Shown piece after piece: positions 36,862 to 45,171 of a DNA stretch of 64,000 bases. Positions within the stretch are counted from its first letter, which is position 1, and each line of letters opens with the position of its first letter. The notes under the pieces were generated by a model. It was not told where the DNA came from. It saw nothing but the letters and a program-made list of their open reading frames with translations, and did not search any database. A program made the position numbers and the translations under genes. The DNA is from a virus. The stretch spans positions 1 to 64,000 of the IMG/VR virus record IMGVR_UViG_3300045988_148533; one strand, written 5' to 3'.

Positions 36862-37755
36862 TCAGTAGCAGTTCACAGTCTGACTGCCGTTCTGCAGGGT
36901 GAACGGCCCATATACCCTTCCACCTGCTCCAGGTGCTGTCCACGACTCTGATGACTGAGTAAATCTTATGTAGAAAGTGCCACCCACCATGATGTTGTCC
37001 TGTGTGACCATACTCTGTGACTGACTGAAGTCATAGCCCGACAGAGTGCCTGCCCACTGTTTGATAAAGTTGTTACCCGACTTAGTCATGCCTGTAAATA
37101 GACTCTGGGCTGCTCCCGGAACGCTGTTGTCCGTGCCTATGTATGCTGCATACCATACAGCACCGCCTGTATTGGCTGTAAGGGTATAGCCTGGAGTCAC
37201 TGAGTTGGCCTTCTGGCCGAAGGTGAACCCAACCGTGGAGCCTGTCACCTTATTTGTAAAATAGTATTTGCAGGTTCTTGCAACTGTTCTACCGTTACGT
37301 GTCCATGAAATGCCTGTACTAAACTGTTTCAGAGCAGCAGTATATGTCATATTAGCGGAATCTGTCTCGTCAAATGTCACGAACGGCAGAACAGTTGCAC
37401 CTCCACTGCCTGAATTTGAGCTGATGGTAAAGTGTGCTGCGACATCCTGTGCATTGCCTCCATTTATGTACTTCTTCATGGTTGAAGCAATACATACCAT
37501 AACACTTCCGCCTGCCGCATCCAGTTCACTCATGTCCGGTCCAGGAACCACTGCTGAAAAAATGTTTACGGAGTAGTGACCGTATGTCACTGTGCCTGCG
37601 GCTTGACTTATTGATACGGTTCGGGTCAGACCGCCACCGCTGACGGTGATGGAGGTACTGCGAGAATTCTCAGTGTTATTCTGTGAAGCGGAACAGGTAA
37701 CAGTACCGTTACCGGAACCGCTGTCTGGGGTCGCTGTTATGAAACTTTTCTGCAT
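36862..37755 (-). CDS. BACON-module protein, currently expressed variant (constant N-terminal exon plus V1 domain)
   Basis: 297 aa. N-terminus PDSGSGNGTVTCSASQNNTENSRSTSITVSGGGLTRTVSISQ, then the AAGTVTYGHY junction encoded by the repeat core. C-terminus FYIRFTQSSESWTAPGAGGRVYGPFTLQNGSQTV. Confidence 0.75.
   Translation of the reverse strand: MQKSFITATPDSGSGNGTVTCSASQNNTENSRSTSITVSGGGLTRTVSISQAAGTVTYGHYSVNIFSAVVPGPDMSELDAAGGSVMVCIASTMKKYINGGNAQDVAAHFTISSNSGSGGATVLPFVTFDETDSANMTYTAALKQFSTGISWTRNGRTVARTCKYYFTNKVTGSTVGFTFGQKANSVTPGYTLTANTGGAVWYAAYIGTDNSVPGAAQSLFTGMTKSGNNFIKQWAGTLSGYDFSQSQSMVTQDNIMVGGTFYIRFTQSSESWTAPGAGGRVYGPFTLQNGSQTVNCY
37586..37604 (-). repeat. 19-nt core, copy a (inverted relative to b and c)
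   Basis: Minus strand AAGCCGCAGGCACAGTGAC, inside the CDS at the junction between the BACON module and the variable domain. Confidence 0.9.
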
Positions 37756-37787
37756 AATCGTACGATTTTAGAATTTTATTAATAACG

Positions 37788-37795
37788 CAAAGTTA
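37788..37795 (-). promoter_or_regulatory. -7 box TAACTTTG for 36862..37755
   Basis: Minus strand, 33 nt upstream of ATG 37755. Lies inside the putative invertible segment 37605..37970. Confidence 0.5.
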
Positions 37796-37970
37796 GAGGT
37801 TTGCATCGCAAAATAAAACTTACGGTTCAATTCACAGACGAAATGAGTCAAAATACGTCATTATACGGATTTAATTTTCATTTCCATATACATATATCAT
37901 TTATGGTGCGTAAATCCACGTATGAGCTGATTATGCACGACAGAATCCACCTATTGACATCCTTCTCCAG

Positions 37971-37994
37971 AAGCCGCAGGCACAGTGACGTATG
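37971..37994 (+). repeat. core copy b
   Basis: AAGCCGCAGGCACAGTGACGTATG. 19/19 match to copy a (37971..37989) and a 23-nt identity to copy c (37972..37994). Confidence 0.9.
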
Positions 37995-38674
37995 GAGACT
38001 ATCAGTGTACCAACGGCAGCAGCAGTTCATGGGTGATTGACTCAGAAGGTGAAACTATCCGAGTTATTGCCAACAGCAGTAGGATAAAATACATCAACGG
38101 CAGCAGTGTCGGCCGAGAGGCGGTAAGGCCCTCGGCCAGCTTCACCTCTGGCAGTAGCATAGGAACGATTACAGTCGGTGGGCCTACGAGTGGAACCTAT
38201 GCCTACACGATTACTGTCGTGTTTGGATTCAACCCCAGTACTTCCAATCGCAACTGGGGGATAACCGTAAGCAATAGTGGAGCATCCTTCACTTTTAGCG
38301 GTTATCAGTCTCCTAAGGCAAAGTCTGGAACCATCACTTTGAACGCAGGCAGTCAGTCGTGGGTATTTGTGGGCCTGTTTGCCACGAACACAGTTGTGTC
38401 AGCCCTGCCGAGTACCTTTAACAGCCTCACACGTGATTCCGGCAGCAATACATATACCGTCAACTGGACTACAAGTATACAGGTGAATACTTATGTAGGA
38501 ACAACCGCCCATGTCACGGTAGGAAATAACTACTATGTTCGCGTCAGTCAGACTGTGAATGCATGGAATCCCACAAACAGAGTATATGGGCCTTTCGTCC
38601 TAACGGAGGGCTCTAAGACTGAAAATATATCAGGAATACCCATAGGAGGTGGAGGGATTACTCCAGTAGGTTAG
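37985..38674 (+). CDS. V2 cassette: BACON-less homologue of the V1 domain; no ATG, only a GTG inside the repeat core
   Basis: 229 aa from the GTG. VTYGDYQ start, IKYINGSS (V1 has KKYINGGN), C-terminus YYVRVSQTVNAWNPTNRVYGPFVLTEGSKT. In-frame TGA at 37955..37957. Confidence 0.6.
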   Translation: MTYGDYQCTNGSSSSWVIDSEGETIRVIANSSRIKYINGSSVGREAVRPSASFTSGSSIGTITVGGPTSGTYAYTITVVFGFNPSTSNRNWGITVSNSGASFTFSGYQSPKAKSGTITLNAGSQSWVFVGLFATNTVVSALPSTFNSLTRDSGSNTYTVNWTTSIQVNTYVGTTAHVTVGNNYYVRVSQTVNAWNPTNRVYGPFVLTEGSKTENISGIPIGGGGITPVG

Positions 38675-39150
38675 ACTATCCTAATGTCAAACTCTCTGCT
38701 CGTCACCCTGCAGAAGTCTCCCGAGGGGGTGAGGCACCACACCTCGGTACGGTCGTCAAAATAGGAGGCGGTGAGCAGTGGCAGCATAATGGAATTGTCC
38801 ACATTCAGAAGCCCCACCTGAGACCCCTCTGGAGACATTACGACAGGAATTACACTTACATCCGCATAGCCTCCACAGCCGAAAGTGCCTTGCAGGGTAT
38901 GTCTCTTTACTGAGATAACAACCCTTTCCAGCTCCGTGGCCCTCTTGCGCTTTTCCCTGAGATAGACGGTAAGCAGCTCATTCTCAGTTATCCTTGTCTG
39001 TGTGCCGAACTTACGTGTATGGATGTTACGCAGGAGCTGTCTCTCATAGGAGTTCAGCTCCTGAAAGTCCTTCTCAAGGACTCTTATAATACTATCGTCC
39101 GTAAGGGCAGATGGATTAGCCCAACCCTGTTTCTTCTTAGTCTTCTTCAT
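38671..39150 (-). CDS. hypothetical protein (159 aa) between the V2 and V3 cassettes
   Basis: ORF track. Basic N-terminus MKKTKKKQGW. No recombinase motifs seen. Confidence 0.6.
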   Translation of the reverse strand: MKKTKKKQGWANPSALTDDSIIRVLEKDFQELNSYERQLLRNIHTRKFGTQTRITENELLTVYLREKRKRATELERVVISVKRHTLQGTFGCGGYADVSVIPVVMSPEGSQVGLLNVDNSIMLPLLTASYFDDRTEVWCLTPSGDFCRVTSREFDIRIV

Positions 39151-39194
39151 AGTGTAAAAATAACGAATTCCATCCTATGCCATCCTCATTCTTG

Positions 39195-39217
39195 AGCCGC
39201 AGGCACAGTGACGTATG
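39195..39217 (+). repeat. core copy c
   Basis: AGCCGCAGGCACAGTGACGTATG. An in-frame TGA at 39193..39195 abuts it. Confidence 0.9.
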
Positions 39218-39957
39218 AGTACTATTTTGATGAGGGTGAAATTCAATATGTAGTTCCATATTATTTTTCCAGTGTTGGAACTACTGCTGAAAGCCCTCTA
39301 AATGCACAGACAGGGCTCATTATGATAAACAGGGTAAAATTTGGAAACTGCAAAGTCATTAATATTGATGGTTCATTGAATAGAACTGTTGGTGTTGGAT
39401 ATTCACTGGAAAATGAAAGCATAGAAGGGTTCTTCAATGTCGGAGATGCAGGATTAGGTGGTCAGCTTCCGAATGGCTATGATGCTTATAAACTCACTGT
39501 AAGCCCCAATCCTGGAACTGCCACAAGACAGAGCAGCTTTGCTTTTGTAACAAATAGATACAGTGGGGATAAAACATCTACGCCTCTGGCAAAACTTTAT
39601 ATATCAGTACGTCAGTGCGGTACGGATGAATATCTTTTGGTTTTTGATGTTTCTAAAAAGAGCAATGTAAAGGGCCTGTGGCTGTTTGCTTCATCAAGTA
39701 TGCCCACAGGCACACCCACATCACAGAATTATTTTATGCCTGACAATCGTATTCCAGTGGATTATGTGACTTGGCATGGAGGTTCATTTGGGAATCTAAA
39801 AGTGAATGCTCTGAGCGGTTCAGCTGCTGGAACTACTGTTGCAGTTGGTTCTACTGTCTATTATAGAGTTTTATATGATGATGACAGTATGTGGGCACAG
39901 TCAGTTCTAAAAAGTTTCACACTGCTTAATTCTGACCAAAAAATAACGCTGCTTTAA
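39208..39957 (+). CDS. V3 cassette: BACON-less, start-less homologue; AT-rich
   Basis: 249 aa from the GTG. VTYEYYF start. C-terminus GSTVYYRVLYDDDSMWAQSVLKSFTLLNSDQKITLL. Hand-sampled GC is about 35 percent, against roughly 55-65 percent in V1 and V2. Confidence 0.6.
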   Translation: MTYEYYFDEGEIQYVVPYYFSSVGTTAESPLNAQTGLIMINRVKFGNCKVINIDGSLNRTVGVGYSLENESIEGFFNVGDAGLGGQLPNGYDAYKLTVSPNPGTATRQSSFAFVTNRYSGDKTSTPLAKLYISVRQCGTDEYLLVFDVSKKSNVKGLWLFASSSMPTGTPTSQNYFMPDNRIPVDYVTWHGGSFGNLKVNALSGSAAGTTVAVGSTVYYRVLYDDDSMWAQSVLKSFTLLNSDQKITLL

Positions 39958-39961
39958 GCAT

Positions 39962-40429
39962 TCATGGAATCTGCTTTATTTTACACCGAACTGGTCCAGC
40001 TGTAAAGCCGTTCACCTTTATGTAGTTAGTGTTATTGAGCACCCACACGAGAGCCATATAGAGTGCGTCTATGAAGCATATTCCGTGAATGCTTATTAAT
40101 TCACTTGGGAAGTCCATGCTGCTGTTCAGGAACTCCATGTAGTCATAGGAGACTATATGCTCGGGGTATGATATATTTAGGAAGTACTGATGCTGCCTTT
40201 TATTGTACTCACCGACTATTTCCTGTGGAAGCAGTCTCAGGAGGTCATGAACGGTGAAGACAGGCTCGACGTGGAAGCTGAGCAGCGGTACAAGGTTGCT
40301 TTCATATATGCCGATGACTGGACTGCCTCCGCTGCCTGTACGTATGTAGAGGAGAGCCTCCCTCTTGATGTCAATACCCAGAGACTTCAGCATAAGCATC
40401 TGCTCGGGCTGTAAGTACCATTTTTCCAT
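39962..40429 (-). CDS. hypothetical protein (155 aa)
   Basis: ORF track. Confidence 0.6.
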   Translation of the reverse strand: MEKWYLQPEQMLMLKSLGIDIKREALLYIRTGSGGSPVIGIYESNLVPLLSFHVEPVFTVHDLLRLLPQEIVGEYNKRQHQYFLNISYPEHIVSYDYMEFLNSSMDFPSELISIHGICFIDALYMALVWVLNNTNYIKVNGFTAGPVRCKIKQIP

Positions 40430-40436
40430 ATTAATT

Positions 40437-40697
40437 CTATTTTACTGTAAGTGGATAGTTGTCATATATTGAAGTCCAGAATCTGCGAACGTTGGCGCAT
40501 TTTGTGCCAAATGACTCCTTCACCCACAGTTCCGTTCTGAAGTACGTACCCTCCCTTACTGTCGAGTTCCACAGCCTGAGATGAATGGCTTCGGGAGTAA
40601 TGAACCCCACTTCCTTGCCATCACATATAATCTGTGCATAGGGTGTAGGCTTCGTGGAGCCGTAGCGAACCGTCGTTCTGATTATTTCCACTGTCAT
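40437..40697 (-). CDS. hypothetical protein (86 aa)
   Basis: ORF track. 4-nt overlap with the upstream gene. Confidence 0.6.
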   Translation of the reverse strand: MTVEIIRTTVRYGSTKPTPYAQIICDGKEVGFITPEAIHLRLWNSTVREGTYFRTELWVKESFGTKCANVRRFWTSIYDNYPLTVK

Positions 40698-41419
40698 TTC
40701 TCAAACTTCTTACGTAACTGTTCATACTGTCTGCGCTCGGCTTTCTCCTGTGCGGCTGCAATGCGAGCCGCCTCTTCCTCCTTGTATTTCAGGTATTCCT
40801 GATGCTTCTGCGCAACATAGGAAATATGCTCCTCAGGGTGGAGGAGAAGTCTGAATGGAACCTGCACCCACTCAATGTCCTCATCAGTTTCGTAGAACAG
40901 CTTCACATCCCCACCTATGGTGCTACCCATACCCAGATACCCCTCGTAGAAGTGGATGAGGCCGACGTGGTACATCCTGTCCAGAAGCTTCTGAGCACTG
41001 TTCTCGAGCGTGCGCAGCATAGTCGCAGGCAGCATCATTTTCTCAGTAGTACTCTTCTCATTCTTATTAGCCCCATATTCAACGGTAAGAATGCTTGACT
41101 TACGCATAATGTCCTCATAGGAATGGATGCTGTCGTCACCTGTAAACTGCTTTGTCATGCGCATCCACTCCGGATTCAGCACAAATCTGTTGATACCGTT
41201 GAGGGCTGCGACAGGATAGTAGGCAATATGTGGGTCAATGCGCTCATCATTGGGCTTTAGAATGCCAGCCCAGTGGAATGTCCACCGCTGACCCTGCCTG
41301 TCCACTATAAGACCCCTTTTGGGCTGTGATGCTGCCACGTCCACGAGGCCACTGAACCACCGCTGAACAAAGTCCAGATGGGCGGTTACGTTGATTGGTG
41401 ATTTAGGTGATATTGTCAT
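40694..41419 (-). CDS. hypothetical protein (241 aa)
   Basis: ORF track. Charged helical C-terminal tail. Confidence 0.65.
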   Translation of the reverse strand: MTISPKSPINVTAHLDFVQRWFSGLVDVAASQPKRGLIVDRQGQRWTFHWAGILKPNDERIDPHIAYYPVAALNGINRFVLNPEWMRMTKQFTGDDSIHSYEDIMRKSSILTVEYGANKNEKSTTEKMMLPATMLRTLENSAQKLLDRMYHVGLIHFYEGYLGMGSTIGGDVKLFYETDEDIEWVQVPFRLLLHPEEHISYVAQKHQEYLKYKEEEAARIAAAQEKAERRQYEQLRKKFEK

Positions 41420-41420
41420 T

Positions 41421-41675
41421 TTAGTACATTCTACTTGATATTGATAATAAATCGCTCATTTCATCGGTATTGGAAACAAAATCAACCGTTTCCCAAAGCA
41501 CCGTTCCCTTGACGAATTTCCTGAGTGTAGCATTAACTTTATCAGTTAATTTCACGTCAAAAATGTCATTCTTGGAAATTACGATGGTTCTGCCTGACGG
41601 TGACTTTACCTTTAGACAGGCTTTTTCCAGACTGTCCATCCAGCGGTTTTCTACTTTTAGTGTAACTGTTCTCAT
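41421..41675 (-). CDS. hypothetical protein (84 aa)
   Basis: Start moved to MRTVTLKV (41675), because a TATATTTGCA promoter box at 41699..41708 lies inside the longer ORF-track ORF. Confidence 0.55.
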   Translation of the reverse strand: MRTVTLKVENRWMDSLEKACLKVKSPSGRTIVISKNDIFDVKLTDKVNATLRKFVKGTVLWETVDFVSNTDEMSDLLSISSRMY

Positions 41676-41698
41676 GACCTTGCGTGTTTTGTTTACGC

Positions 41699-41708
41699 TG
41701 CAAATATA
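41699..41708 (-). promoter_or_regulatory. early-type promoter core (TATATTTGCA plus GTAAACAAAAC leader)
   Basis: Minus strand TATATTTGCAGCGTAAACAAAACACGCAAGGTCATG. Confidence 0.55.
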
Positions 41709-41917
41709 CGCACATTTCCGGAATATCCATGAACAGTTACTGAGAATTTTCAAATAGGAGGCTGTCAATGGCGTCATGTGCGGCTTGCAGTTCCTTGTCA
41801 GTCATACCCTTAGCAAGGCGCACTCCGGAGGATTGGCCGCACAGTCCAGCAGATAGCGGTACATTCTACCGAGGCCGTCCACCACTTTTCTGTCAAGTTG
41901 CTCTCTTTCCTCCTTTG

Positions 41918-42130
41918 TCACAGCACACCTCCTATCATCTGCGCAACACTCTCCAGCGTCTGTTCTATCTGCATTGCAATATCCCACAAAGAGGGTATAT
42001 CCACTGCCTCCGCAATGCTGTCAACAGCATCAATGACCTCGGGATACTGCGCGTCAAAGGCAGCATCGGCCTGCGCGAATGCCTCCGAGAATCTGTTTAC
42101 ATTCTCCTCAATCATATCACTTTCCTCCAT
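41918..42130 (-). CDS. small acidic hypothetical protein (70 aa)
   Basis: ORF track. Confidence 0.5.
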   Translation of the reverse strand: MEESDMIEENVNRFSEAFAQADAAFDAQYPEVIDAVDSIAEAVDIPSLWDIAMQIEQTLESVAQMIGGVL

Positions 42131-42588
42131 TTAAGAATCCCCAGTACGACAAGCAGTACCACCGCTCCGAGCAGTATGTACCCTCCATTCATCATTGCTT
42201 TCTGCCAGCCGTTCAGCTGTTTCTCCACCTCCACGGTGTCAACATGGTTGACGTAGATGGTGGTGTCGCGGTACTCCACTCTGTCCTTGTACACAATTTC
42301 TACTTCCGGCTTGTAGGAGGGGTTGGAATACAGCGTATGCGTCAACTTTCCGTTGCTCACCGTAGCCGTGGAAGTGGCTGCACGTATGGTGAGAGTTGAG
42401 GTGGTGTCCGTGGTGACTGTTGAGGTTGAGTCCTGAGGTAGGGTTATCCTCACGGTGTCCCTCACGAGCTTTTCAACTATCTTCGTTTTGATGACCGTGA
42501 CAGTATCCCTCTGCACAGGTATGATTTTCGGCGAGCAGCCCCACAGTAGAGCTGCTGCAATGATGATGGTAGTGATTGATTTTTTCAT
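42112..42588 (-). CDS. unimolecular-spanin-like protein (N-terminal lipobox plus C-terminal TM segment)
   Basis: MKKSITTIIIAAALLWGCSP lipoprotein signal. Thr/Val-rich beta-type middle. C-terminal TM segment GGYILLGAVVLLVVLGILKW. Confidence 0.45.
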   Translation of the reverse strand: MKKSITTIIIAAALLWGCSPKIIPVQRDTVTVIKTKIVEKLVRDTVRITLPQDSTSTVTTDTTSTLTIRAATSTATVSNGKLTHTLYSNPSYKPEVEIVYKDRVEYRDTTIYVNHVDTVEVEKQLNGWQKAMMNGGYILLGAVVLLVVLGILKWRKVI

Positions 42589-42992
42589 GTCTTTCTATTC
42601 TTATTATTTCGATTAATAGAGGCAAGTCTGTCGGCCCACTTTTCCGTATAAAAATGGTAGTACCCCTCAGAATGTCTGTCACAGCAGCCTATGACTCCGT
42701 TCAGCCATGCGTGAATGAGCGACGGCAGGCCTATCACAGGCAGATACAGAGGACCGAGGTAGCGACTCTGGAGCACGTGCCCGAACTCATGCCTTACCGT
42801 AAGATTCTGCTTTGTTCCCACTATAATGTATTCTCCGAGGGTTATGCCTCCCGGAAATGTCCTTAGGAAGTAGAATCGTATGCTGCCGAGTCGGTGTCGC
42901 GTCTCACCCTGAAGTACAAGCAGCATGACAAGGGCCATAAGGTTCTGAGGGAGCTGCCATATCCACAGCATAACTGTCTTAAATGTGTTCAT
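42585..42992 (-). CDS. membrane-associated HExxH protein (135 aa)
   Basis: N-terminal hydrophobic segment and the motif VRHEFGHVLQS. Confidence 0.45.
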   Translation of the reverse strand: MNTFKTVMLWIWQLPQNLMALVMLLVLQGETRHRLGSIRFYFLRTFPGGITLGEYIIVGTKQNLTVRHEFGHVLQSRYLGPLYLPVIGLPSLIHAWLNGVIGCCDRHSEGYYHFYTEKWADRLASINRNNKNRKT

Positions 42993-43022
42993 TTTAGCGT
43001 CTTATTAGAAAGAACGGCACTC

Positions 43023-43067
43023 CTGCGATATAAGTACATCGGTGGGGAGTGCCGTTCCAGATTATGA
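43023..43067 (-). terminator. rho-independent terminator
   Basis: Perfect 12-bp stem GAACGGCACTCC/GGAGTGCCGTTC, followed on the minus strand by TTTCTAATAAG. Confidence 0.6.
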
Positions 43068-43073
43068 ATGATT

Positions 43074-44258
43074 TTACAGGATTATCGGAATATCCAGAAT
43101 AGCCCCTGTCTCCTTGGAGACCTTGATGACATCCACCTCGTCGAACTGTATGCGGTGGATGTAGCTGCCGAGCAGCTTCGCAACCATTCTGGGGGTGTAG
43201 AAGTCTCTCTCGATGAGGTACGGTGACACGGCCACGAGCTGAGGCATGGACTGCTGCCTTCTACCGTCTGACCCGACGATGGTGTAGGTGTAGGTGACGG
43301 TATAGTAGTATCTGTTTCTGAATGTATGCACGGTGTCATTGAAGTCCATGTCTCCGAAGATGGCCATGGGGGCCTCATTGTATCTGTCCACCGAGAACGC
43401 CAGTCTGGCGTCAGGCATACAGCCCTGCACACAGGCTGAGATGATGCGCCAGCGACTCTTCTCATCACCGAAGGGACGGAAGAACGGCAGATTGCACTCG
43501 TTCTCGAACCATGCCATTAGGGAAACTTCGTCCTCGCTGTCAGCCACAAATACCTCATCCGGAATGTACACGGTATTGTAGAACACGCTGCGAGCCGTCT
43601 TCTCCCCTGTCCTGTCCACCACACCCATAATCTTGACAGGTATCATAATGGGGTCATCAGCACCCCTGAATTCCTTAGTGCTGCCATCATCATCGTCCTC
43701 ATCAGCATGGACGTCAGGTGCATCCTTCTCCACGTCCTTTTCAGGCTCTGGAGATGGAGCGGTGGCGTAGGGATTGTCCTCCCACAGGCGAATGTCATTC
43801 TCAGGGTCAGAGGGGTCTGTCAGCACACTGCCGTCTGACAGCATCACGTCCCACCCCTCTCCGGTGGCCACGGCAGGAACCCACTGTACATCCTTACAGA
43901 GGTTAGCCTTATCATTCACCAGCTTCAGACGTACCCACACCTTCTGATTCCTGGTGAGTCCGACAGGCTTCTCGTCCTTCTTAGGAGCCTGATTCACCGT
44001 CACGATGACACGGCCTCGGCCGTCCACCTCACCCTGACATTCACAGTCTGTGAGGCTCCAGTCCTCAGCCTCCTTCTCACCTATTTTCTCGGCAAGAGAC
44101 TTCTTCATAAGCCTGCACAGTGCGTCGTTCAGGACGTACTGCTCGTGAGACTCCGCCACAATGTTCATTCCAATTTCGGTGCGACCCTGAGCATCAGGCG
44201 TAGCACGCTTGAACGTCGCACGGTACATAAATTTCTTCATTTTGTTATTCTTCTTCAT
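43074..44258 (-). CDS. hypothetical protein (394 aa) with an acidic central tract
   Basis: ORF track. Contains PDVHADEDDDDGSTKE. Confidence 0.65.
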   Translation of the reverse strand: MKKNNKMKKFMYRATFKRATPDAQGRTEIGMNIVAESHEQYVLNDALCRLMKKSLAEKIGEKEAEDWSLTDCECQGEVDGRGRVIVTVNQAPKKDEKPVGLTRNQKVWVRLKLVNDKANLCKDVQWVPAVATGEGWDVMLSDGSVLTDPSDPENDIRLWEDNPYATAPSPEPEKDVEKDAPDVHADEDDDDGSTKEFRGADDPIMIPVKIMGVVDRTGEKTARSVFYNTVYIPDEVFVADSEDEVSLMAWFENECNLPFFRPFGDEKSRWRIISACVQGCMPDARLAFSVDRYNEAPMAIFGDMDFNDTVHTFRNRYYYTVTYTYTIVGSDGRRQQSMPQLVAVSPYLIERDFYTPRMVAKLLGSYIHRIQFDEVDVIKVSKETGAILDIPIIL

Positions 44259-44411
44259 CTTTCTGTTGTTTTCTACTGTTATTAACTGTAATTTCGTAGG
44301 AGGGTCTGACAGGCAGACTGCACGTGCCTACAAAGCCCACCTCGTGAGCCGTCACCGATACATTATAGGCAGGAAGCCACGGTGGAGGGCAGCTGTAATT
44401 GGATTCCGCTC

Positions 44412-44801
44412 TCATAGTTCAATCGTGTACACTGGACGCTCATAGTAGCTTATCTTGCCTGTCACAAGCTTCTCCGTTGCAGGGTCAACCGTCTTGAACA
44501 GCAGCGGATGCTCCTGCTCGATGTGCTTCAGCCGTTCGTAGTACAGCTCGAGAGCGTTTAGGAGGGTCACGGTGGCCATCTGGCCCATCTCAGCCTCCTT
44601 TCTGGTGGTGTATGGGCGACTGTGGAGGTAGTGCTTAGTGCCGTCCGCACTTTGCACCACCACAAAGTAGCAGAATTCCTTTCTACTGTCCTCCTCACGA
44701 ACGTCACTCACCTCGGTGATGTCCTGCAGACGCAGTGCTCGTGTTGCAAACTCATGCACACCGCTGTTCACTCCTGTTGAATATCTTACATATACAAGCA
44801 T
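44412..44801 (-). CDS. hypothetical protein (129 aa)
   Basis: ORF track. Confidence 0.6.
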   Translation of the reverse strand: MLVYVRYSTGVNSGVHEFATRALRLQDITEVSDVREEDSRKEFCYFVVVQSADGTKHYLHSRPYTTRKEAEMGQMATVTLLNALELYYERLKHIEQEHPLLFKTVDPATEKLVTGKISYYERPVYTIEL

Positions 44802-44808
44802 AGTCTCG

Positions 44809-45171
44809 TCATTTTATTCTGTTTATAGTATGTGTCGCCGGAAGATACCGCCAGTCACCCATGTCACCGTGGAACTGATACACCGTCATGGGGTACTGAC
44901 GCATGATGCGTATCACTCTGACTGTTCTACTGTCAGGCTCTCTTACGTACAGAGTGGCGTAGGAGGCCACGTCCCACTCCGGAGACCACACCACGCTGAC
45001 GTCACACCCCATCCACCTGAGGAAGCACACCCACGTAACGACTTCCAGCCACCGCTCGTAGGTGTCACTGAGGAGGGCCTGAGCGTGTGCCTGTGAGGCC
45101 CTGAAGACCCACAGGACACGCCTCAGCGCACCGACTCTGTACTGTGTTCTACTCACCCTTTTCATTCTCAC
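44809..45171 (-). CDS. hypothetical protein (120 aa)
   Basis: ORF track. Confidence 0.55.
   Translation of the reverse strand: MRMKRVSRTQYRVGALRRVLWVFRASQAHAQALLSDTYERWLEVVTWVCFLRWMGCDVSVVWSPEWDVASYATLYVREPDSRTVRVIRIMRQYPMTVYQFHGDMGDWRYLPATHTINRIK

Noticed and set aside
37971-39217. DGR template/variable repeat pair
   Set aside because: The shared segment is only 23 nt. It lies at the 5-prime edge rather than the 3-prime end of the target genes, shows no adenine-specific mismatches, and no reverse transcriptase is present in the window.
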